The notes: generated by a model from the letters alone, not told the origin. Counted from the stretch's first letter, positions 28,080 through 36,999 are shown. The stretch: 64,000 bases of DNA from Bacteroidales bacterium (GCA_049792755.1 JBARBF010000024.1:5675-69674); one strand, 5' to 3'. Made by a program: numbers and translations.

Positions 28080-28694
28080 TTAATCTTTTAGCATGGTTAA
28101 TTCGTTAGTGTGCGGTCTTAGTCGTAATCCAAAAAAACCAAGTATTAACACTCCTACAAATATGTCAAGCAATATTCCAATGTTGATCAGCATAGGCATT
28201 TTATTGCCGACAGCAAGAGAAAACATAAAAACTGAATTTTCAATTATTAAAAACCCTATCAGATGTGAGATTATCAGTTTGTGAGTAACAATAAGCAATA
28301 GTCCTGTGAAAAGAGTAAAAAGAGCAATAGCCATATAAATGGTATTTACATAATTATTTATCAGGGAGTTTGCCAGAAGAACACTTATCAATAATGCGAA
28401 AATTGATAAAATAATTAAATAAAATCCGGGCATAGCCTGCCTGTGAATTTTTGATACACCTGACCGGTTAATTATCCTAAAAAGCAGGTATGGAATTAAA
28501 ATTGTTTTAAAAATCAAGGTCTCGGAAGCTATAAACAGAAGATTTGCAGTATTAATTTCTTTAAGCTCAAATAATGCAATTCCACATAGTAATAATCCCT
28601 GGACCCCAATAAGATTTATATATAGAACCAGTCTTTCCGCTGAGCAAAAATAAATAAGGGTAATTGCAAATAATACTATCAGGTAATTTACCAT
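28080..28694 (-). CDS. HyfE-like small membrane subunit
   Basis: 204-aa protein with about 6 TM helices, between the NuoH-like and HyfF-like genes as in hyf-type operons. The assignment is mostly positional. Confidence 0.6.
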   Translation of the reverse strand: MVNYLIVLFAITLIYFCSAERLVLYINLIGVQGLLLCGIALFELKEINTANLLFIASETLIFKTILIPYLLFRIINRSGVSKIHRQAMPGFYLIILSIFALLISVLLANSLINNYVNTIYMAIALFTLFTGLLLIVTHKLIISHLIGFLIIENSVFMFSLAVGNKMPMLINIGILLDIFVGVLILGFFGLRLRPHTNELTMLKD

Positions 28695-28701
28695 ATTGTA
28701 T

Positions 28702-29613
28702 TTAAATAAATTTGTCAGTCAAAATTAAAATTATCACAAAAGCGATCCAGGCAATTGCAGAGATTGAAAGTATAAATTTTGGATTTTTATTCATTTTGTT
28801 TCTGGCCCTGAATGATTCAATCAGTCCGATGATCATGGCAAACACCACCTGAACTAACAGGAATAAAACAATCTGCAGAAATATGTTCCAGCTGGCCGGC
28901 ACAATAACATTATACATCAATGATCCATAAATTGCAAATTTCAGGTACGAACAAATATGAATTAATGCTTTATCAAAACCACTGTTATCCAGGATCATCA
29001 CTTCATGTATCATCGTGAGTTCGAGATGTGTTTTCGGGTCATCAACGGGTAATCTGCTGTTCTCGATCATGGCGATCTGAATAAACACATAAAATCCTAA
29101 TATACTGTATATCAATACATAATTATTTCCAGTAAGAAAGAAATGATTAAAGATATCTGAAAAGGAAGTAAACCCTGTAAGCATTGCAAAAGTAGCCAGC
29201 AGAATAAAAAAAGCCGGTTCAGCCAACATTGAGAAAAACGCTTCACGATTGGCTCCCATTCCCTCGAAACTGCTACCGGTATCAAGAGCAGCAAGAATAG
29301 TAATAAATTTCCCGAATGCGAGCAGATAAGAGAAGAAAACAAAATCTCCTTCAAATGAAATAATTGCATTTCGTTCTGCGAATGGGATTACCAGTAAAGC
29401 ACATAAAATAGCTGACAATGCAACAACTGGTGCTATCTGAAATATGATTCCTGTTGTTTTACTGAAAACACTTCCTTTTCTCATTAATACTCTTAAATCT
29501 TTGACAGGTTGAAGTATGCCAGGACCCTTACGACCTGAAAAAATGCTCTTTGTTCGTAATATAACACCTGGAAAAAAGAAAGCTGCAATTAAAATCAGAA
29601 CAAATCCCAGCAT
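28702..29613 (-). CDS. HycD/HyfC/NuoH-like membrane subunit
   Basis: 303 aa. N-terminus R(K)..GR.GPG.LQP..D (SGRKGPGILQPVKDL) and ENSRLPVDDPKTHLELTMIHE (the conserved NuoH/HycD loop). Confidence 0.8.
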   Translation of the reverse strand: MLGFVLILIAAFFFPGVILRTKSIFSGRKGPGILQPVKDLRVLMRKGSVFSKTTGIIFQIAPVVALSAILCALLVIPFAERNAIISFEGDFVFFSYLLAFGKFITILAALDTGSSFEGMGANREAFFSMLAEPAFFILLATFAMLTGFTSFSDIFNHFFLTGNNYVLIYSILGFYVFIQIAMIENSRLPVDDPKTHLELTMIHEVMILDNSGFDKALIHICSYLKFAIYGSLMYNVIVPASWNIFLQIVLFLLVQVVFAMIIGLIESFRARNKMNKNPKFILSISAIAWIAFVIILILTDKFI

Positions 29614-29615
29614 AA

Positions 29616-31610
29616 TCAGATAAGATTAAAATAGGTTAATATGAAAACAAGAAGCATAAAGACAAATGCATATAAAATGTAATGTTGTATCTGTCCGGTC
29701 TGCATTACTGCAATCCTTTTTAGAATAGTCGAGGACCAATCTATAGGTTTGTCTATCAGAAGCTTTTTGAATATATCGTCACTGTGCGACTCGAAGGACC
29801 TTTTCCCTGGAAATATTTCATCATCACGGATTTCTTCCATTATTTTTTTTGTCTGGAGCACTGGCTTCGCAAGATGGTTATAATTATAAGCATATGATGT
29901 TGCAGTATATTGTTGTCTGCTGCTTCCTGCAGTATAACCACAACCCCATGTGGGCTCAATGTCAATTTGCTTATTTTTAAGATGGAAATGCCTGTAAACG
30001 AGAAAAACAATAATTGTACAGACAAAAATGCCGCTTAGAATACTTATTTGTGTAAGGTTTTTTATGGAGGAATTTGCTACCAGATTTAAATCACTGATTC
30101 TGAATGACTGCGATACTATGTTAAACACAGGTTTCACAAATAATACTGACATTAGTCCTATCAGCATAATAAAAGCAATAGTGATAAATTGCGGAAAAAT
30201 CATCAATTTGCTTACTTCTTCAGCCCTTGATGCTTTTTCTGAACGCGGCTCGCCAAGAAATACTATTCCAAATGCTTTTGTAAAACAAAAAATTGCCAGT
30301 CCTCCTATCAGAGAGAGTCCGACAATGCTTGAAAGAAGAACTATGGATTGATATAAATTAGCCGACGACAGGCTTTTAAACATTCCAATATAGATGAGAT
30401 ATTCCGAGATAAATCCATTAAATGGAGGCAGACCACATATAGCCAATGAACCTATAAGAAAGAGAACTGAAGTATAAGGCATTTTTTTCATCAGTCCACC
30501 AAGTTGTTCTATGTTTCGCGTATGTGTGGCCTGATATACTGAGCCAGCATTGAAGAAAAGAAGTGATTTGAAAAGTGAATGGTTCATCACATGAAGTAAA
30601 CCTCCAACAAAGCCAAGCAGACTTAATGCGGTGTTATTTGTTGAAATACCAATCGTACCCACACCAATTCCGATACCTATGATTCCAATATTCTCAATGC
30701 TATGGTATGCCAGTAAACGTTTTAAATCGTGCTGAACGATGGCCATCATAACCCCAAGTACACCGGATATCAGCGAAACCGATAATATTATCATACCAAT
30801 TAAAAGTAGTTCGCTTTGTACCGACATAAGTACCCTTAAAATACCATATATGCCCATTTTTATCATGACACCTGACATAACTCCGGATACATGCGAAGGA
30901 GCTGCAGGGTGAGCCTCAGGGAGCCATGTGTGCATGGGAATAAACCCGGCTTTTATGCCAAATCCGATAAAGAAAAGAATAAAAAGCAATATATTAGAGT
31001 GATTCACAAAATATGATCCAAGGGCATCAAAACTCATTTTCCCGGTAGCTTTTCCGACAATCAAAAAGCTTATCAGGAGAAAAAACATGCCTACGTGCAT
31101 CTGGATAAAGTAACTGATACCCGTTTTCATAATAGTTCGGTCTTCAGCATCAAAAATTACCAGAAGGAATGATGAAAGGGCCATTAATTCCCAGACAATT
31201 AAAAAAGCCAGGCCGTCGCGGATAATAACTACCATCATCATGGAGAAATAAAGCCAGATGTATGAGAAGTAATGTATCGAAAAACTCAATGCATTTTTAC
31301 TCCGATAATATGGTTTCAGATATCCCCGGGCATAAAGAAACCCGGTAAATACAGTTATATTAATTAATACAATGAAGAATGCAGAAAGCTTATCGATTAT
31401 AAACATAAAGCTGTTTTGCAGGAAAGGCAATCCTGACTGTAGTTCAAGTATTTGTCTATCAGATGAAACCAGATCAATACACCATATTGAGGTCAACACA
31501 ATGCCACATACAAGCAAAAAAAGGCTATAGAAATACTTTAGAGACCTGGGGATAAAGAAAACAGGGAAGGTCAGAAGTAATAAAAGAAGAAAGTATAATG
31601 CGTTATTCAT
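29616..31610 (-). CDS. HyfB/NuoL-like antiporter-type membrane subunit
   Basis: 664-aa polytopic protein. GFGIKAGFIPMHTWLPEAHPAAPSHVSGVMSGVMIKMG, LLAYHSIENIG and HSLFKSLLF are characteristic of the NuoL/HyfB family. Confidence 0.85.
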   Translation of the reverse strand: MNNALYFLLLLLLTFPVFFIPRSLKYFYSLFLLVCGIVLTSIWCIDLVSSDRQILELQSGLPFLQNSFMFIIDKLSAFFIVLINITVFTGFLYARGYLKPYYRSKNALSFSIHYFSYIWLYFSMMMVVIIRDGLAFLIVWELMALSSFLLVIFDAEDRTIMKTGISYFIQMHVGMFFLLISFLIVGKATGKMSFDALGSYFVNHSNILLFILFFIGFGIKAGFIPMHTWLPEAHPAAPSHVSGVMSGVMIKMGIYGILRVLMSVQSELLLIGMIILSVSLISGVLGVMMAIVQHDLKRLLAYHSIENIGIIGIGIGVGTIGISTNNTALSLLGFVGGLLHVMNHSLFKSLLFFNAGSVYQATHTRNIEQLGGLMKKMPYTSVLFLIGSLAICGLPPFNGFISEYLIYIGMFKSLSSANLYQSIVLLSSIVGLSLIGGLAIFCFTKAFGIVFLGEPRSEKASRAEEVSKLMIFPQFITIAFIMLIGLMSVLFVKPVFNIVSQSFRISDLNLVANSSIKNLTQISILSGIFVCTIIVFLVYRHFHLKNKQIDIEPTWGCGYTAGSSRQQYTATSYAYNYNHLAKPVLQTKKIMEEIRDDEIFPGKRSFESHSDDIFKKLLIDKPIDWSSTILKRIAVMQTGQIQHYILYAFVFMLLVFILTYFNLI

Positions 31611-31741
31611 TAATTGTAATTAAGGTAATTTCGGATAAGTAATTTTATTTTTGTTTTAACAGATTTTTAAGGCAACTTCTTTTTAATTGTAACTGGTTTA
31701 AATTTAATGATTTGCAGAATTTAAATCCAATTCAACGGTCA

Positions 31742-31757
31742 TTTTACGAACGTAAAA
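31742..31757. promoter_or_regulatory. Perfect 16-bp palindrome upstream of the hyf-like operon
   Basis: ttttacg-aa-cgtaaaa, 132-147 nt upstream of the HyfB-like ATG (31610). Function unknown. Confidence 0.3.
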
Positions 31758-31859
31758 ATAAAAAATAATATCTCTGTCTGACCTTTCTGCAGCGAATTTG
31801 ACGTAAGCATTTGATTGAACAGTGTTAACCCACTCACGATTACGTACAAAACTAAATGC

Positions 31860-32594
31860 CTATTCGTTAACCGGTAAAGAGCCGGAAAAAATAATAGGTT
31901 CCGATGATTTCTTATTTTTTAATCGGAAAATAAAATGTTTGTCCTGATAGACCGATTCTAATAATCCGAAATATATTAAATCGGCGATAATATTCTCAGC
32001 TGCACTCCTTGGCAGGTATACCATTCTGCAGAACCTTAAGATAGAGATTGACGGATTTAATTCAAGATAATCCAGGAGCTTCTTCACCTTTTCACTATAT
32101 TCCATCAGTATACCACTATGATAAATTTTCTTTTTCCAAACCTTCAGATGAACAGTAGTAGCGAGAATATTTTCATCTTTTACCCGGATATAAGCCGACC
32201 AGTTATTCTGCTCTGTCTTAGCAAAATAAGGAATATGTGAGCCTTTGGGGATTATAACTTCAAGTACCGTTTTGCCATCGACTATCCATCTTTTTGATTC
32301 AAACACAATTTCGGGTTTACAATACATCCCGGCAGCTGCCTGAACCATATAAAATTCTTCATCAGAGTGCACCCCGGCTATGTTACCGTTATCTTTGACT
32401 CCGATAAGCAGTTTTCCGCCATCGGTATTAGAAAAAGCAACAAGAGTTTTAGCAATTTTCCTGGAGTCGGAGATTTCGAATTTAAAGTCCAGCTGCTGAT
32501 GTTCGCCTTCCTTTATTAATCTTTTTATATAAGAGTTCGGTCTCTTTTGAAGCACTTTTATTGTTCCTGAATGATACTTTGCCATCAATATCAA
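31860..32594 (-). CDS. AlbA_2 (Schlafen-like) domain protein with C-terminal winged-helix
   Basis: EGEHQQLDFKFEISDSRKIAKTLVAFSNTDGGKLLIGVKDNGNIAGV is the AlbA_2 / 'divergent AAA' core. The C-terminus LLDYLELNPSISILRFCRMVYLPRSAAENIIADLIYFGLLE looks like wHTH. Confidence 0.7.
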   Translation of the reverse strand: MILMAKYHSGTIKVLQKRPNSYIKRLIKEGEHQQLDFKFEISDSRKIAKTLVAFSNTDGGKLLIGVKDNGNIAGVHSDEEFYMVQAAAGMYCKPEIVFESKRWIVDGKTVLEVIIPKGSHIPYFAKTEQNNWSAYIRVKDENILATTVHLKVWKKKIYHSGILMEYSEKVKKLLDYLELNPSISILRFCRMVYLPRSAAENIIADLIYFGLLESVYQDKHFIFRLKNKKSSEPIIFSGSLPVNE

Positions 32595-32795
32595 AATTAA
32601 TTAATCTGTTTGCAGGTGCTCCATCAAAATAATAACAGGACAATATTACGAATTCCTCAAATACAAAATTCCCGGAATGCCCGATAAACTGTTCTATTTA
32701 TTAACATACCAATAATAGTCTTATCATTGTATTTCTGTCTAATTTTCAGTAATTATGCTCTGCCATTTTTAATTCCTCTTCATATATTATTACTC

Positions 32796-35700
32796 ATGAA
32801 ATCACCATTCAAATTCCTCGATTCGTATACAAAAGAAGATCGTGAAATATTTTTCGGACGTGAAAAGGAAATAGAAGAATTGTATCGTCGTCTTTTTGAA
32901 AGCAATGTACTGCTGGTCTACGGAGAATCCGGAACCGGAAAGTCGTCAATTATCAATTGCGGTTTAGTTAATAAGATTAATGACACTGAACATCTCACTA
33001 TCTATATTCGTCGATCAGATAACGTACTTGAAAGTCTTTCTGAAGCGATACATGTTCTCCTCAGGGAATCTTCTCCCCGACAACTGCTTACGGCTCTTTT
33101 GTTTAAAAAAGCTCTGAGGGAGATATCTGAAGATATTCATAAACAGCTAATCTTTATCTTCGATCAATTTGAAGAGTTATTTATTTTCGGAACAAAAGAA
33201 GAAAAGCAGAGCCTTATTCAGGTTCTGAAAATCCTGACAGAATCCGATCTGAATTGCAAATTTATATTTATTATCCGCGAGGAGTTTTTTTCTAATGTGG
33301 CTGAGTTTGAGAAACATATACCCGACTTCCTGTCCAACAGGATGCGTATTGAAAGAATGGACAGAACCAATGCCATAGGAGCAATAAAAGGATCATGCAG
33401 TGTTAATGACATTCAGGTTGAGGATGGATTTGCCGAAAATCTTCTGAAGAAACTCAATCCCGAAAGCCCCGGAATTGAGCTGACCTGGCTTCAGATTTTC
33501 CTTGACAAGATCTTCAATTTGGCGGTTTATGATATTAAACCTGATAATGACACAACTAAGCCTATTGTCTTTACAACAGGTTTAGTTGAAAAAACCGGAG
33601 ATGTCTCTGATTTACTCGGTAGTTTTCTTGATGACCAGATCTCATTATCGCCAAAACCCGACACAACTCTGGCAATATTGAAATCGTTTGTCTCATACAA
33701 AGGTACGAAACGGAAGCTTAATCTGGCTGATGTTAAAGATTATGCAACTACTCTGGGGGAATATGTCAAAGAGAAAGATGTTCTCGAAATAATAAGGTCC
33801 CTGGTTAATTTAAGAATTTTGCGGGATAAGGATGAGAACGGATTCTATGAGCTCCGGCATGACTCACTTGCTGCTAAGATCTTTGAAAAAATATCTGCAG
33901 CTGAAATTGAAATTCTTGAGGTCAGACAGTTTATTGAAAGTGCCAATTATTTCTGGAAAAAGCACGGTGTGCTGCTCTCTGAAGAAGATCTTAAATACAT
34001 CAGTCCATTCGAGAAAAGATTATCACTTTCTGATGACCTCACAAGTCTTATTGAATTAAGCAGAGAAAAATTCAGTACGTCAAGGAACAGAAGAAGAAAT
34101 ATATTAGTTTCAGGAGGTACAGTAATTATTCTATTGCTCTCAGCTTTTTCTGTCTGGGCTTTAAAGGAGCGTAACAGGGCTGAGAATCTTAGTATCAAGG
34201 TACTGGCTGAAAAGAATAATTTACTGGCTTCAAATGTAGCAATACACGATCCGACGAAAGGATTAAGACTGGCGGAATATGCTAATTCTCTTGATTCAAC
34301 CAATCATAGTATTATAAATAACATAAAACAGATTTATTCAGATAATATATTTTATACCTTGATTGCCAGACAGAGTGATGCATTTGCAAAACAGGAAGAT
34401 GCAATAAGTACTGTTGCATTTTCCCCTGACAGCAAATTTATTCTTACCGGTTCAGGAGATGCAACTGCAAGACTATGGGACCTGAATGGAAACTGTATTA
34501 AGATTTTTATTGGCCATTCAGGATATGTGAATTCTGTTGCTTTTTCCCCCGATGGCCAGTCAATTCTGACCGGTTCCTCTGATCGTTCCGCCCGTCTCTG
34601 GAATATAAACGGGAAGGTAATCGCGGATTTTAAAGGACACGGTATGGCAGTTAATTCTGTCGCCTTTTCTCCTGATGGCAAGGAAATAATTACCGGTTCA
34701 AATGATAAAACTGCCCGTCTGTGGGATCTGAACGGGAATGTAATCATGGAATTTAAGGGTCATACAGCGTCAGTAAATTCAGTTGCCTTTTCGCCCGACG
34801 GTCAGCATATTCTTACCGGATCATCAGATTCAACTGCCAGACTCTGGAACAAAGAAGGAAAACAACTGAAAGTTTTAGAAAAACACCTGAATATTATAAC
34901 TACTGTTACTTTTTCCCCGGATGGGAAAGAGATGCTTACCGGATCGAACGATAAAACAGTAAAGCTATGGGGCTTTGACGGAACATTAGTAAGGGTTTTT
35001 ACAGGGTTCCCGGGAGAAGTTAATGATGCGGTCTTTTCACCCGACGGGAAAAAGATACTTATCGGTGCAAGTGCCGGCTATGCTGTTCTCCTTGATCTGA
35101 ACGGCAATGAAATTAAAGAATTCAAAGGGCATACGATAAAAGTGAGAGCAGTTGCCTTTTCGCCGGATGGCTCCAAAATAGTGACAGGATCAGCAGATTG
35201 CACTGCAAAACTCTGGTACCTGAATCAAAATCTTAATCAGGTTTATAATGGACATACCGGGAAAATTACCTCTGTTAAATTCTCAAAAGACGGAAAAGAA
35301 TTTCTAACAGCTTCATCAGATAAAACAGTACGACTCTGGGATATCGACGGAAATACTATTAAAATATTCAAGGGACATAAATATGGAGTTAATGATGTTG
35401 CATTTTCCCCTGATGGCCAAAAGGTACTTACCGCATCAGACGACTGTACCGCTATGTTATGGGATCTTCAGGGAAATCTGATAAAGATTTTTTCAGGACA
35501 CAAGATGGGGGTAACCAGCGTCGCTTTTTCACCTGACGGCCAGAAAATACTTACAGGATCACAGGATGCAACTGCCCGGCTCTGGGATCTCAGCGGTACT
35601 ATGCTTATGATTTTCAGGGGGCATAATTCAAAGGTGAATTCCGTTGCATTTTCGCCAGATGGTAAAACAATTCTGACCGGATCGAACGACTACTCAGCCA

Positions 35701-36923
35701 GGTTATGGGATCTCAACGGAAATATTCTTACAGAATTGAGGGGACAGTTGAGTGCAATAAATTCCGTGGCATTCTCGCCTGACGGGCTAAGCTTTTTAAC
35801 CGGATCATTTGGTTCTGATCCATCTGCCAGATTATGGGATATTAAAGGAAACTTAATCAGAGTTTTTAAAGGACATACAACTTCAATTTTCTCAGTGGTT
35901 TTTTCACCTGATGGTAAAAAAATCCTTGCCGGCTCAGCTGACCAGACAGCAATCCTATGGGATATGAACGGAAATATTGACCAGGTTTTTTCAGGATATA
36001 AATCATATGTGAATTCCGTCGGATTTTCACCTGACGGACAAAGAATTCTGTTAGGGCTTGATAATGGAAGTGCACGGTTATATCCTGTTAAAATGCCTTA
36101 CCGTAATTTTAATAAAATAAATAAATATGAAAAACTGACTTCATTTGATAAACTTCTTTATAATATAACCGATATCAACACTATAAGAGCATCTGAAGAT
36201 GAGAACTCACTTCTGCAAGCTTCTGACTATTATATAAATGAAGCTTTACAGAGTGGGCTAAGTGAAAAAAACAAGTACATTAGTACTTCAATAGATCTGT
36301 ATAACAAGTTGTTATTGAAAAATCCCGGGAAAAAGGAATACCTTTTCAGGCTGCTGATGGCAAGTGTATATAGTTATGCAACAATTCCGGCTGATAAGAC
36401 TAAAAAAGAAATAGAAAAAATAAATGAAGAAATTATGGGACTCACTTCAATAGATGACCTTACCCTGGCCGGTTATGCTTACTGCTTAATCTGTACGAAA
36501 AATGATTTGAAGAATGACCCTCTGGGAATCCCCGACTGCTTCCTGGCTATCTGCCAAAAATTATTAAATGACCCTGACCTTCAGCAAGCCGAGAGGAAAG
36601 ACATCAGCAGGTGGTGTACTCTTTTGTCTCTGGATTTTATCTTGAAGAAGGAATTCTCTCAGGCTCTTCAGTTTATTAAGACTGCAGAACTTTCAGACAC
36701 TTCCAATACTGAGATGCGCATTCTACTTCCAATAATATATATATTTAACGATCAGTATGATAGAGCAGAAACAATAATTAATGAATTTAAAAATAAAGCA
36801 TTGACAGGTATAGATAACTTTAAAACATATAAAGAGGCTTATAAAAATGCAATTGAATTATGTGAAGAAAGTTCAAAAACAAATCCAGACTTAGCAAAAG
36901 CAAAAGGCCTCTTAACAGATTGA
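32796..36923 (+). CDS. STAND-type P-loop NTPase - TM helix - 14x WD40 - alpha-helical (TPR-like) tail
   Basis: Start chosen at MKSPFKF; the track ORF begins at 32727 with an implausible hydrophobic leader. SPFKFLDSYTKEDREIFFGRE lead-in, Walker A GESGTGKSS, Walker B LIFIFDQFEELF, hydrophobic helix ILVSGGTVIILLLSAFSVWAL (about nt 34098-34164), 14 repeats of a 41-aa unit V.SVAFSPDG..ILTGS.D.TARLWDL.G, then about 310 aa of helical sequence. Confidence 0.85.
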   Translation: MKSPFKFLDSYTKEDREIFFGREKEIEELYRRLFESNVLLVYGESGTGKSSIINCGLVNKINDTEHLTIYIRRSDNVLESLSEAIHVLLRESSPRQLLTALLFKKALREISEDIHKQLIFIFDQFEELFIFGTKEEKQSLIQVLKILTESDLNCKFIFIIREEFFSNVAEFEKHIPDFLSNRMRIERMDRTNAIGAIKGSCSVNDIQVEDGFAENLLKKLNPESPGIELTWLQIFLDKIFNLAVYDIKPDNDTTKPIVFTTGLVEKTGDVSDLLGSFLDDQISLSPKPDTTLAILKSFVSYKGTKRKLNLADVKDYATTLGEYVKEKDVLEIIRSLVNLRILRDKDENGFYELRHDSLAAKIFEKISAAEIEILEVRQFIESANYFWKKHGVLLSEEDLKYISPFEKRLSLSDDLTSLIELSREKFSTSRNRRRNILVSGGTVIILLLSAFSVWALKERNRAENLSIKVLAEKNNLLASNVAIHDPTKGLRLAEYANSLDSTNHSIINNIKQIYSDNIFYTLIARQSDAFAKQEDAISTVAFSPDSKFILTGSGDATARLWDLNGNCIKIFIGHSGYVNSVAFSPDGQSILTGSSDRSARLWNINGKVIADFKGHGMAVNSVAFSPDGKEIITGSNDKTARLWDLNGNVIMEFKGHTASVNSVAFSPDGQHILTGSSDSTARLWNKEGKQLKVLEKHLNIITTVTFSPDGKEMLTGSNDKTVKLWGFDGTLVRVFTGFPGEVNDAVFSPDGKKILIGASAGYAVLLDLNGNEIKEFKGHTIKVRAVAFSPDGSKIVTGSADCTAKLWYLNQNLNQVYNGHTGKITSVKFSKDGKEFLTASSDKTVRLWDIDGNTIKIFKGHKYGVNDVAFSPDGQKVLTASDDCTAMLWDLQGNLIKIFSGHKMGVTSVAFSPDGQKILTGSQDATARLWDLSGTMLMIFRGHNSKVNSVAFSPDGKTILTGSNDYSARLWDLNGNILTELRGQLSAINSVAFSPDGLSFLTGSFGSDPSARLWDIKGNLIRVFKGHTTSIFSVVFSPDGKKILAGSADQTAILWDMNGNIDQVFSGYKSYVNSVGFSPDGQRILLGLDNGSARLYPVKMPYRNFNKINKYEKLTSFDKLLYNITDINTIRASEDENSLLQASDYYINEALQSGLSEKNKYISTSIDLYNKLLLKNPGKKEYLFRLLMASVYSYATIPADKTKKEIEKINEEIMGLTSIDDLTLAGYAYCLICTKNDLKNDPLGIPDCFLAICQKLLNDPDLQQAERKDISRWCTLLSLDFILKKEFSQALQFIKTAELSDTSNTEMRILLPIIYIFNDQYDRAETIINEFKNKALTGIDNFKTYKEAYKNAIELCEESSKTNPDLAKAKGLLTD
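34390..36090 (+). repeat. Coding tandem repeat: 14 WD40 units of about 123 nt
   Basis: The (A/V)FSPDG core recurs 14 times at intervals of 41-43 codons. Adjacent units share most positions. This also explains the antisense ORF 34352-34747. Confidence 0.9.
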
Positions 36924-36999
36924 CATATTGCAGGATGAAAAGTACAACTTGCCTTTGGCATATGGACTCTTTCCCGCACTATTCAACCTGTGAATATTT

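Noticed and set aside
24340-31610. Annotating the operon as a functional formate hydrogenlyase / hydrogenase-4 (hyfBCEFGI)
   Set aside because: Gene order and membrane subunits fit. However, the NiFe Cys ligands and three of four proximal-cluster Cys are substituted, and no FdhF, HycF-type subunit or Hyp maturation genes are nearby. A hydrogenase call would therefore be misleading.
32727-32795. N-terminal 23-codon extension of the STAND ORF (MYFCLIFSNYALPFLIPLHILLL)
   Set aside because: The AT-rich promoter-like sequence translates to a hydrophobic string. The conserved STAND lead-in starts right after the next Met (32796). A signal-anchor function cannot be strictly excluded.
34352-34747. 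131-aa antisense ORF within the WD40 region
   Set aside because: It arises because the ~123-nt coding repeat lacks stops on the opposite strand. Its own sequence is simply periodic (..SGEKATE..) and mirrors the sense repeat.
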